From: Phoronis australis
Taxonomy: Eukaryota; Animalia; Phoronida
Direction of reading: 5' to 3'
Assembly: GCA_002633005.1 (NCBI GenBank)
Contig: NMRA01000174.1
Coordinates: 92,911 to 156,910 of the forward strand
Length of the DNA stretch: 64,000 bases
The position numbers and the translations under genes were made by a program. This document shows, one piece after another, positions 39,606-51,335 of this stretch. Below the pieces are notes generated by a model. It was not told the DNA's origin. It was given only the letters and a program-made list of their open reading frames with translations, and made no database searches. Each line of letters opens with the position of its first letter. Within the stretch, counting starts at the first letter, position 1.

Positions 39606-40295
39606 TAAGGAAATACCGGTAAGACACAGTCAAAAATATATCAATGTAAGGTAACTGAAGAACGAAGTGACTAATGTTTTTAGTGCAAAAATTTATAGGC
39701 AATGCACTCAGTCCTACTAAAGGACCAAACAAGAAAATCAACAGATCCATAATTGTGTGTGATATTACATGAACTCTACAAAGAAACTGGTTCACAAAGT
39801 TTTGTTTATACCGTCATTACCACAGAGTACCAGAAATCCAAATTTGGATACCTAATGACCAACCATGTCAAAATTCAGCAACCGCTTTTGAATATTCTTT
39901 TCNGGCCGTACTTGCCACGTACGGATCGCCAAATTTCCCCCACGTTTTTACACGTAGACAGCACGCAATTGCACGTACGGCGGGTTGTGACCAAGGCTTA
40001 AGGAAATACCAGTAAGACACAGTCAAAAATATATCAATGTAAGGTAACTGAAGAATGAAGTGACTAATGTTTTTAGTGCAAAAATTTATAGGCAATGCAC
40101 TCAGTCCTACTAAAGGACCAAACAAGAAAATCAACAGATCCATAATTGTGTGTGATATTACATGAACTCTACAAAGAAACTGGTTCACAAAGTTTTGTTT
40201 ATACCGTCATTACCACAGAGTACCAGAAATCCAAATTTGGATACCTAATGACCAACCATGTCAAAATTCAGCAACCGCTTTTGAATATTCTTTTC
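39606..40295. repeat. 297-bp direct duplication across an N gap (39606-39902 vs 39999-40295), probably two haplotypes
   Basis: The copies differ at 2 visible positions. They are separated by N (39903) plus 95 bp of CpG-rich sequence. Confidence 0.9.
39904..39998. mobile_element. Terminal fragment of a PIF/Harbinger-like element inserted at TAA
   Basis: Ends ...cgtacggcgggttgtgaccaaggct|TAA. The other copy shows the empty site caaac-TAA-ggaaat. Confidence 0.6.
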
Positions 40296-40493
40296 CACTT
40301 GCCATTGTTCTGAAAGGACAGTTTGGGGACGGGTCAAACAAGGGGGTCATTTAGGAATTTTGAAAGAACAAAATGTCCTTTTAAGGTCACATTACACAAA
40401 ATAATAAAATGGAACACCCTGCATACTTTACTTAAACAACCACCTTAAGCTCAATTCAAGCATTCATTTGTGATGTAAAATACAAAAAATTAC

Positions 40494-40520
40494 CATTTCA
40501 TCCTGTTCATAAGACTCCAT
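40494..40520 (-). CDS. Candidate first coding exon segment (MESYEQDEM) of the MyTH4-FERM gene
   Basis: aagATGG Kozak-like start, 9 codons, then a phase-0 donor ATG|GTAATT compatible with the phase-0 exon at 37039. Possible acceptors lie about 40560-40570. No homology support, and alternatives exist. Confidence 0.35.
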
Positions 40521-42923
40521 CTTGAGACAAATATTTCCTCCGTTGTAAGAGAGCAGAAAGCTGAAGACTACTACACAGGCAGGTAGACAAATTAGCTAAT
40601 GATTTGCATTTATTGCTGCAGCCTGCTAGTAAATCAATCAGGTCAGTGAATGTGGTGCCTTGGGACTTAATGTCAAAATACATCCGTTCAGTTTTAAATA
40701 ATTGATCATGCAACTGTAAATCTTAGTGATTAGGTGAGAATTTAGGACTTAATTGTGGCACAGTGGGTCAAAATTACTAAGCACGGTACCTTGTATGTTT
40801 TTTTTTCTGAAAACCAGTGGAAAATACACTTTAAAGGGACTTTCTCCGTTACATACCATTCCCCTGGACCATTAAAACCAAGAAATTTTCAAAATTACAA
40901 TCTAATCTAGAATCACGTTCGATTAAACTCGACAAACAAGCCTATTGTGTTGGTACACAATGTTGTGGTAACAAGGGAGTTAGAGCTTACAGTCACACAC
41001 AAGAATCAGCAGTTGAAAGTTAAGTCTAATTTTTCTGGAAGCCAACTGTTTTTCTCCGGTCGAAGATTTTTCGTGATAGTTTTTCATATAAAACACATCT
41101 TCATGGCATTTGTTGCATGTTGCAGTATTTTTCAAATATGGGCTAGTGTCAGGCATGCTGTTTGCAACATTGCTAGATTCATTACCTGAGCTTATCAGAT
41201 GAACACAGACAACAAAGGGTCAGCTAGACTAAGTAAACATTGGTTTGCCAACTTTTCCCCCTTCCTATGTGCTGTCTAAGTGATAACAACACCGCTGCAT
41301 CCCAACTAGCCTATCAGTGAAATCGAGATCCTCACCTACAATGCAGTTGCGCCTAACACAGTAAGAAATACAAAGACACTTTATGCAAATTAACAGTAGT
41401 GTGGAATCCACCTCACTAGCTCCAGTCTGCAACTGCAGCTGAACACTGACTCAAACTCCCTGCGTGAAATGGTATTTTAAATATATTTAAATGGTAAAAC
41501 GCCAGGCCTTTCAGTGATTCTGTTGTTTTATTGCTATGATTCACAACGGATTTTGCTGTTTTTTAGTATAATTCTGGTAAAATTAATGTAATTACCTTTC
41601 AGAAGACTATCCCATCCAACACTAATGCCAATTGCCAAATATGCTCTTTTTGGTGGTAAAAACGATACTGTTCCTTTAAAAGAAAGGCACTGATTTTGTG
41701 TCTATGCTTTATCAGACCTTATCTTTGAAAAATGAATTAATGTAAACCATGCTTCCAAAAGCCTTATTTAGTAAGACAAAGATCAAGCATCAACATGCCA
41801 ACAACCTCCAACTGTTTTCCACTTAAGTCATTAAATAGAGCCTCTAACTTATGCGTAGTTATTTCTTAGGTAACAGTTCAAGCAGAAGCCAGAAGTGAGA
41901 TACAGCAACACAGGAAGTATGTAGGACCAACAAATGGTCAATTAGAGCCCAGATTTGGAAAGAAAACACACCAATTGGGATTTAATGTCAATCACCGAAA
42001 ATGCACTTGGCTGAATCCTCTTAGTTCATATCATAACATACCTAAATAAATTGCAAGCAAAGAGGACTTTGTCTAAGAGTAATACATGTTTCCTCAGTGT
42101 CCTCGACAAATTCAAGGGACTTTTTTCAAGCAAGGAGGTATCAACTGGTGTATTACAGCGAATATCTTTTTAAATGATTGAGAAAAAGGGAGAAGAATAG
42201 GATTATTGGGAGAATCCATGTTTGAATACATACCCCTCAGACTAAAATCCGACTGTGATTTATACTAAGAAAAGGTAGTGATCACTTATGTGATGTTACA
42301 GCCAAGGTTATCCTAACCACAGGGCCCACTTAAGGTGCTTGCCTGGAGGCCCCACAGCCATGGGGGCCCAGCTGCGACTTAAGATAGTAAAAATCATATG
42401 ATACAAACTTACATACTCGGAGCCAGATTGAGCAAAGTAGGCAGGGACGCCCTTGCATGTAATGGGGGTAGGGCACCACCTCTTAGTCACAAGATCTCAC
42501 ACAGCTTTACCACAATGTAAAAAATTTTTGAAGTTATTTTATCTTTAAAGTCATGTCAATTCAAATGTCTTCAAACTAAGAACACTTTAGTTTTGCTAGT
42601 GCTTCCCATAAAGTCCACAATCACGATGACCTATTTCGTTTTTATATAGTCCTTTGAGACAACTAGTAAAATTATGACGAAACTGCGAGTTTAGGTATAA
42701 CCTCACTCTCAATTGGTTAACAAGAATTTCATGCAATAAATGCAATTTAGTAGTAGGGAGAGGAGTTAGAGTGTTACCCTTAAGAAATAATTTAACATGA
42801 TTTTTAACTATATGACACTGGTTGGACAAGTGACTTTAAGTTCCAGTGGTAAACTATTCCACAAAATCAAACTGGCACTAATTAGAATTCTCCTAAATGA
42901 TTGAGGGTAATGATGGGGAGTTA

Positions 42924-43139
42924 CCATAAACTCGCGGGTTAATGCCCATGCCCATGTAATCGCCCAACCTTGACTTTTGGTCAACTTTCGGTTTAAGCAC
43001 CCACCTCTTGGGTAATTGCCCACCCCCGACTTTTGGCCAATTCTTCATTTTAAGCGCCCCCTGTCTGGGTAATCGCCCACCTCCCTGCCAAAAGTTTACC
43101 CAATTTAAGCGCCCACGGCATTAACCTGCAAGTTTACGG
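42924..43139. mobile_element. Tc1/mariner (pogo/Tc2-like) MITE with TA TSD
   Basis: TA|ccataaactcgcgggttaatgcc ... ggcattaacctgcaagtttacgg|TA, with internal taagcgccc/taatcgccc repeats. Confidence 0.85.
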
Positions 43140-43207
43140 TATATATTGGCAGTACTTCTAAGCTGTATATTAATAGAAGGTGTATCACATTTATATTGGT
43201 TAATAAT

Positions 43208-45665
43208 CAGGGCTCGACATAACGAGCTGCAGGTCACATTTGCGACCTGAAATTTGGAAATGCGAGCTGAGATTTTTGTCAGCTCGTATCAAGTCGCAAA
43301 ATGCGACCTGGAATTTCCAACGAATGCGAGCTGAGTTTTTACACTTCTCGGCAGATACCTGGCAAATATAAAGCAGCTATTGTTAATCCGACCATGGTTG
43401 TTGCCAAATCCAAGTTCAAAAGACCACTAACTGAGAACAGTCCTCCCGATGACTTGTAAGCAAGTCGCGTGACCATGGGATATGCAGAATCGATCTTTGA
43501 TGCGTTTCATTGGCTAACATTTTCGGCCACTTATGCAAATTTCCGGATTTGTCAAAGAAAGTTTCGGGCCACATAACACGTGATAAAACCTCACAAAACA
43601 GTGGTGTTTCTATTAATTCTTAAGCGATCAACTTATCAAACTTTGTGGTGGACAAATATGTTTGTTTTTCGCTTAAGATGTCCTTATTACCTTTACCAAA
43701 TATCCACGACAATATCCCTGATATCGCCCTGCGGCACTGGTCGGTCCCGTTGTTAGCGTGCAAGCGGTCCCGGCAAGACAATCGTGACTTAGATATGTGC
43801 GCCTAGTTTTTATCCCATAAGACAGCCAAAGTGAACATGACAACCTATTAATCCCCAAACGACGATCACATCTTTACTTACAGTTGCCAAGAAATTCTCA
43901 AACCCCATTACTTGTTTCTCAGTGGGGCTACGTGCGCGAAATATGATTTGTCTTTCACACGTTGTTGCCAACGTAAAGTGCAGGCCTATTCCAGCAATTC
44001 AAGTGCGTGAACTCACGCGTGCGCACCCTTTTGAAGCTGTACATCAAAAGAGAACAGCGGCAGTCCTAAATGAAAGAGTATGCCGGCTTGGCTCTGTCAA
44101 GCACTCGGGTGCCAATGGTTTATTTGAAAATGAACTCAAAGATTTCCGGCGCTTACGATGCTGTACGATATTCCCCGGGATCGGATGTAACCCGGAACTG
44201 ATATTTTCCGGTTCCGATGTTTCTCGAGGTCGATGTTCTCTAAACCCTATATTCTATGCCCGTAGCCAGCTATTGCAACTAAACGGGTGTGGTTAGCGAA
44301 CTTTTTCTTCTTCTCTTCATACACCTCCCCCCGCCCCCTCCCCGGCAACTTTTCGTTCCCCCTGACCACCGCCTCCGCAAAAATGTTCAGACTCCAATAG
44401 AAACAATCATGTTCCAGCTGAAGCGGGCAATTAAAAACAAAATTATTCCGGGTGGCTAAAAAGGGTACAGTGTAGGTGGTAACCATATGCAGAAAGCCAC
44501 CCCTACTAGATGGAGTTTGCCTCGCAAAATCGTATTATTATGACGTTTCATTGTAGTCTTTTAATATCTTATTACCGCAAACACTTAGGTTAACGACTAT
44601 GCTAACGCTCAAGCCTACTCCCTACCTTTAAAGTGTTTCACAATACGCGCTCACTGACCTACTAAGCGTTCCCCCTCAACTTTTGAGAATTTCCAATTAA
44701 GCGCCCACAGTTTAGGCTAGCGCCCATCATATCGCACTACAAACGACCGCGCGTGGTTTAAAATTGACTCGCAGCCTATATGGTGTGTCACTCTCATTTT
44801 ACACAACAAATTCCGTTTTCAAAAAACGTCTTTTCTCAATATGTAAAAACCAAATCCCGGCTTTGTTTTATACCTCCGAAAGAAAGCTAACACTAGTGAC
44901 ATGCGTGCCGTTTTGTGACTGACCTATTTTCCCCGTATCTGGAAGGTATTGAGCAAACTTGCCATTACCAGATGGAAACTCGCACGGAGGGAGTCGGGAA
45001 TTATTTGGAGGCTATTCACTTCATGGAAAAATTGTTGAGTACGTAAACAGCATAAGTACCACATTTTTGTTGTGAAATTTGCACTGAATTGTTTATTCGG
45101 TTAAAGCATCGTTTCACGGATTTTTTGCGACAGACGTTTTTCAAACATGAGTTAAGTTGCAAAATGTGGGCTGCGAACAAAAAGCGGAGGGAATTTGCCC
45201 TCGGAGTTAGTTCGAATTTTTAACGACTTTGATGCCAGCCAGTAGCAGGTCAGACCTAGCAAAATCCCGGATACTTTTTCAATGGGCATTTTCTCCCTTT
45301 TCAAATCGCAAACTTAGCTACTCGAATGCACGTGTGAGTTAGAGAGCACTAGTTCAACTTTCACGTCGGGACCTTGACTTGCGCTCTAGAGACTTTCAAT
45401 GGCGGTCGTGTAGAACAGTAAACGCCGTACCTGCATGAACGAAGTCAGTTTTGGGATCTGAAATTTGTGAGTATTTAACGCGGCAGGAAAGAATATAATC
45501 TAAACACTTTCTCGATGATCTAAAAATCAATTTTGGCGCGTAAAAATGGCGGGAAAATTTTGCGACCTGGCATTTATGAATGCGAGCTGGATTTTGGAAA
45601 TGCGACCTGGGATTCTGGCTAGGTCGCAAAATGCGACCTGGCGATTTTAATAGCGTCGAGCCCTG
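43208..45665. mobile_element. About 2.46-kb non-autonomous hAT-like element (CAGGGCTCGAC TIR, 5-bp TSD ATAAT)
   Basis: Perfect 11-bp TIR cagggctcgac / gtcgagccctg. ATAAT at 43203-43207 and 45666-45670. Subterminal tgcgacctg/tgcgagctg repeats at both ends. CpG-rich interior with no transposase ORF. Confidence 0.88.
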
Positions 45666-45895
45666 ATAATAGCTAAATTTGACAAGTTATGAATTCCACA
45701 AGTAACTTTATATCAATAAATAATCGAGTGCTGTTTACTCAACTGTCTAATTAAGAATTCCTAAGACTCTAATTATACTACAGCCCTTGACAGCACGTTT
45801 CGGAAAGAGCAGCTTGATACTGAAGTCTCTCAAGTTTATAGATATTTGCATACTTAAAATGAGGTAGAAAAAAAAGAATTGTATATTTCAACTCA

Positions 45896-46081
45896 AAAGG
45901 TCCTTTTATACCAACTTCGACATTTTGGGGAGTAAACGCAGTGAGTATGAATTCATTAACTTTGGTCCTGGATTGTGAAGTTACACTGCCCATTAACTTC
46001 GCAGTAAACAGGTGGATTTAACGCATGAACGTTGCTGCTTCGGCACGGTACACACAGTAATCAAACTTCAGTCTTATCAAA
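45896..46081 (+). repeat. Interspersed repeat family E copy 2
   Basis: Colinear similarity to 30272-30459. Confidence 0.7.
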
Positions 46082-46925
46082 GTGACCACATACCTTTACT
46101 TTGAAGACAACTGCATCATCTACCATTTACTTCGATGTTCGTTGAAACAGACAGCAAAGTATGTAAATGGTAGATGACGCTTCAGTTCAGCTGGTATGAA
46201 CTGTTCAAGTAAGTTAGCAGTTTACATTGATGCTCCTTTCATAAGAGTTAAGTTAGTTTGGGTACTAGAAGTAATAATAGTTTTTGAATAGGTCAAAAAG
46301 ATTTTGAATTTTTTGATTTATCTGCACCATGATGATGATGACGACCTTGATGACCTTAATTCAACCATTACACAGTTCTCTGAAACGAATTCTCAGCGAT
46401 GCTTGTGTTGAATTCTTTATGCAACTATTAAGCTAACGTGATTGCATTCCATACCATAAATGTGAGAATCTTATCAAAAAACAAAATCAGGCAACAACAC
46501 GCAAAATCATGTGGTGAAAGCTGCCAAGTAGTTTTGCTTGGGAGTTCATCGCGGCAGAAATAGTATTTACAGTCTACCACTGGTACCAAGCAAAATGGTA
46601 GCCACTGATGTGATTGGTTGGTGGGGTTGGAATATTGAATTTACCGTTATCGTTGCAAAAAAAGATTTTCTCACAGCAAGTCATTCGCAAGTAAACTTGC
46701 TTCTGCGAAACCTTAACCCTTGGAAATATTGCTCTGGATCATATCCAGTGCTTCAGGGGATACCAACTAAGTGTCATTTCCTTGGTGAACTCGTGTTTGA
46801 AAGACACCCATTATGATGCTCAAAAATTGCGTTGTCTTACAAGTACCCGATCTGAGCAGCAAGCCCGCTAACCCCGTAACGTTGACTGCCACCCATAGGA
46901 GCATTGGTCAATAGTTGGAAATAAC

Positions 46926-47405
46926 GCGCGTTTTCTCATTAAGGGAACTTCGATTTACCGCTAAGATACCAGACCACGCAGTTCATTTGTACTCTCAAAC
47001 GAATATTGCTTAGTGGATTCGAGGCTAACTGAAAATTGTTCTGCCATTTATGAGTATTTTATGAACATCATCAGTGTCATTATTCTTCATCAGATATTAT
47101 GCTTTTGTTTATTTACTTACGTCCGTCTGTTGAGAGCACGTCGGCTACGCTACATTAACAAAGAACATGATTTACAAGTCTTGTGTGATCGTATATTGTT
47201 GCCGAAACCTCTACAATTAACTTCGACGAAGCTTCGCTTTGACTGTTCCCATTACACCGAAGTACCTGTGAGTATCGAAGCTTCGATTTTAAATCCTACT
47301 ATTTTAAGTGAAGTTTCGCTCGCAGGTTAACTACCGGAGTTAACCTTTCTCACTTAGCGAAACTTTGATATAAGTGACGTTTTGCCTCTAATGGGTAAAG
47401 CGACT
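46926..47405 (-). mobile_element. Harbinger-like MITE family C copy 2
   Basis: Begins ttttctcattaagggaacttcg and ends ctaatgggtaaagcgact|tat. Aligns to 62943-63365 and, inverted, to 16123-16644. Confidence 0.75.
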
Positions 47406-47664
47406 TATGTGCTAGCAGTGGTATGTACGTCTGTATTGGTAGTAATTGGGTTTTCATTTAGACATATGATGATAATTGGAAATTCTACACTGTCACTTAG
47501 CGCGTTATTAACTTATACCAGGAAACTGTAATTCCCTCCGCCCTGATTTCAAAACGCTTCAAATAAAAAGGCGTTACAATGCAATAATGTTATTGTTAAA
47601 AGAACTGTCATTATCATTAGTATTCTTACTTATTTGCACTGGCTAAATTTATATTTGTTATTAT

Positions 47665-47770
47665 TGTAATTTTTATTTGTACGAGAAATTCTACACTTGC
47701 ATACAATATACCAGTTACTGTAATTTTTATTTGTATGAGAAATTCTACACTAGCATACAATATACCAGTA
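47665..47770. repeat. 54-bp tandem duplication
   Basis: tgtaatttttatttgta.gagaaattctacact.gcatacaatataccagt occurs twice, starting at 47665 and 47719. Confidence 0.9.
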
Positions 47771-48969
47771 AATACATTGTGCCTGTCCATAAGTGTGTAA
47801 AATTCCAGAAAAAACATCTGGGCTGAGCATTAATCAATAAAAAACAAATTTTCCCAGAACAGGAAATATATGACGATGAACGGCATGTTTTTTATTGCTT
47901 ACCATTACACAGAAATAATTACACCTTTGTCAAACATCGATAGAATCATACTACATGACCTGATGTGCGTTCAATAATGCTACTAACTTCACTAACACAG
48001 CCAATCAACAGTAAAATCCAGTGCAATCCCCTTTTACTTCATGAGACATATTGTGGAAAATTGTGTAATCTCATCACGTTGTGTCATCAGGCAGGTCTAG
48101 GTTGGGACATATCAACAAAGGAGCAGCAGGTGCAAAATGTGTAATTTCTCTTTTGTTCCGTTGTCGTTCACTTAATAACTTATTTGTTCTCAAAAAACAT
48201 ACGCAATGAGATTAATAAATTACTTATGAGGAAGCTGATCATCAGTTTTAAACCGGAAAATTTCAAGAACCTATTTGTCCTACATCCTAACTGCAACAAT
48301 TGGTTGTTTCAAATAAAAATTGCTTGCATTATTCGTGCCAGTTAAGTATGGTCCAGTCAGATTAAGAAAACCCCATGTGCTATCACAGAAACTAATTTCT
48401 GATGCAGACCATTTACTATTCTAAAATTGGTCTCAACTTGTTCTCAATGAGACATGGCATTTGGGTTTAGAAAAAGGACATTTCACTGTAGCAGAGGAGG
48501 CAGTGTTGCCTAATGAGTTTATCTGCTTCCTTTACTCAGCATTAGGCAAATCTTAATCCTACTGGGATTTTCCATAACTAAGCCCGCTTAATGAAACGCC
48601 CATGTTCGTTTGTTTGGTGTTACAACTTCTGGTATCAAGTGTCCAGATAGTGAGGCGTTTATTCAAAAAAAGTTCCTCTTAAAAGCCCACTCAACGTCAA
48701 CTTTTAGTCACAAATTCAGTTTTGTGGAGCATTTATCATTTCTAAAAACGAACAAATTAACATAAAATTCAAAACACTGAAACCTCTTAATCTAAACCAA
48801 GGTGTATTCAGTCCATACTGCCATTTACATAGCCAAAACTATGACTTCCTGTGTTCTTGCTCCCTTTTTTCGAACAAATGCTCAGGAGTTTATTTGGTGT
48901 CACTAAAATGCCTTAAATCTTCACTTTCCTAATATACGGCCATGGGCTTATCTATGGGAAAATCCCGGT

Positions 48970-49865
48970 AACAAGATTTGCATGCAAGGGAAAAGAAACC
49001 GTGTACTGTTTATCCCGCAAATTCTCTTGGCACATCAAACGCTTGATGGCGCTGTCACAATTGAACTAAGCTAGTAGCTATTCATGGGCTTGGCTGAATA
49101 CATATTGGACGAGATAACTGCGGTTATAAACCAATGCATTTGTTTAGCGTACGAGTTTCAAAGTTAAAACACGACCAACAAGTAAGCCAAATGACCAAAA
49201 TGACTGTTTTTAAAGTTAAAAAGTAAATAGCAGCAATCTTTGAATTTTTGAAATTTTGATACATTATAAGAGAAATTAGCGAATACGTTTTCTTCATGGT
49301 TTAAGCCACGAGCATTAAGTTGTAAAACGATTAGGATGGGTTAGTCACACTCTGGCTTAAAAGGATATCAAACCATATTAACACATATTAAAAATGAACT
49401 TCTTATCCATTTTTTTAAACCAAATAATGTTGTGTAACCCTTTGTAACCCTTAAAAGGATACTACACCCTGTTTTGATGATTTTAGTCAATCCTGGTTAT
49501 GCCACCTGCTAATGCATCATGGTGCTAATCTTGAAAAATAAAAGCATGAAGCAACTGAAAGGTACACTTCTGTCACAGTTTGGGTATTATGGTTCTTTGT
49601 GGGTGGTCTTTCCCCACAGTTGTCTTGAAATTCGCTAAACTGTAGGTCATGCTTGACCATTTTGCAGATTTCTAAAGGAGTTCACAGATTTTCCTCCAAA
49701 CTTTTGAGGGTTGTCAATGGTTATAGAGCATTATTGGGAATTGGATGGGAAGGTCATTTTTAATATCTGTTATTAGGACAAAATCAGGTTTTGTATCCTT
49801 TTAACCTGGCTTAGGCATTGTGGCAACAAAACCCCCAAATGTTAGCGCAGAAATTGCCTCATGAA
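48970..49865 (+). mobile_element. MITE family B copy 3, interrupted by a Kolobok-like element
   Basis: Family B sequence stops at tctggcTTAA (49360) and resumes after TTAA (49804), running through gttagcgcagaaattgcctcatgaa. Confidence 0.7.
49361..49800. mobile_element. Kolobok-like MITE (TTAA TSD, AAGG termini)
   Basis: TTAA|aaggatatcaaacc ... ggttttgtatcctt|TTAA. A second internal left end TTAA|aaggatactacacc starts at 49455. Confidence 0.75.
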
Positions 49866-50062
49866 TGTCGCGGGTTTGGGTCCGACTGTGGCACACAGCT
49901 AGACCCTTGAGTCAGGTTGCAAGCTCCTCAGCTCAGTTTTAACTATATTAATAAAGCAAAAAAATGGTTCCAGGTGATAAGTGCAATGCGGACAGCTGAG
50001 CAGCCTGCACACGCACGTCTTGTACAACCTGCACCAGACTGCCTGCAGTTATTTGTTTAGCC
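49866..50062 (+). mobile_element. Older, diverged copy of the tRNA-derived SINE
   Basis: acccttgag.caggtt...agctcctcagctc.gttttaac...ttaataaagca...ttccaggtgat.agtgcaatg...gcacgtct...ctgcctgca is shared with 58303-58519. Confidence 0.75.
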
Positions 50063-51335
50063 TAAAACCATGTTCACGCCATGCATACAATAACCCACAA
50101 GTCAATTTGTTGTGCCTGGAGCCTTCAACTTGAGCAATAAAAAACTCCAGAGATGGGAACAATTTGGGACGGATTTCATAACAGTCAAGTGATATTCAAA
50201 AGTGAGTTGTTTTTGAGAGGGAGGAGTTCATGGTTCACAGGCTTTAACTTCAAAGTACATCAAAACTCTGGTCAGAAATATAATACGGATGATTGAAAAT
50301 TTGTCGTACACATCTGAGTTAATGCCTGAGATATAAGAAACACAAAAATCTGAGAATGGGGAGGGCACAAAGTCAAGCGTGGGCTTTTAAAAGATTTTTT
50401 TCAAACGTTGGGCTGGGTGTTAATCCTAATAACCTATTTAAGTTAAGGCAGCTGCATACGCCCAAAAACAAAGGCCAAAGAAAACACTGCAATAGTCGCT
50501 TACAGACAGCCAGTTTCAGGGCTGTTATTCAGTGCAGAAAACTGGTTCTCAAAATCTGGGGATACCTGTAAGTGACTGTTACCCAAAACATAGACAGTTC
50601 AGACAATGCAGTTAAAAGACTTGGTTGGCTTTTGGCAGCTGATATCCTTCATGGATGGGCGTTAACAAGCATATGCATCCGGCAAATAATCAAAGGGATA
50701 AAGATTTACATCTCAACATAGGAGCAATTGTACAAATTGTGATGGGCATAAAACAATGCATTTTGAAACCGTGGTTTTGAAATTTTTGCAAATTTTGGGG
50801 GTGGGCACTAGCTGAATGTAGGCGTTAACATGAACCACTAGGTACCTGGCAAAACTTGGGACGGGCTGAATGATACCAAGAGTGACAATTGACTGTGACT
50901 TTAAAAATTTGTACATCAAGAATGAAACTGTATGCTTTCTCTCAATAGTAAATTTTCAACATATATCATATAGCATGGAGGCAATTTCTGTTTGATCCAA
51001 ACTCAAGTATTGATAAATAGAGTAATTTGACAGCACAATAGCCACTGCACATTTGCTAAAAATGTTTGTCTACATCACATGTGAACCATAGGTGGCACTG
51101 TACTATGAAATATCAGCATGTGGAGAATTTCTGGCTTACACTGGTCACTGCTTAGATTCCCTAAGTCCTAGACAACTTTTATGATGCCTATTCAGTAGCC
51201 CTTTGTATTTATGTAGAAAGGTAATAGCTAGCACTATTGTCTCAATAATGGTAGTTGTTGTTACACCCAAATTGGTTTTCTCTGGCATTTGCTAGTAGAT
51301 TTAACTTGGTACATTTCAAATATTACAAAATGACT

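Noticed and set aside
39589-40188. Duplicated ORFs MNQFLCRVHV... as tandem genes
   Set aside because: They arise from the 297-bp haplotype-like duplication across the N gap.
43922-44486. ORFs inside the hAT-like element as transposase remnants
   Set aside because: No BED finger, DDE or hAT dimerisation motifs recognisable.
47013-47330. ORF similar to 63121..63342
   Set aside because: Both lie in MITE family C copies and have no transposase motifs.
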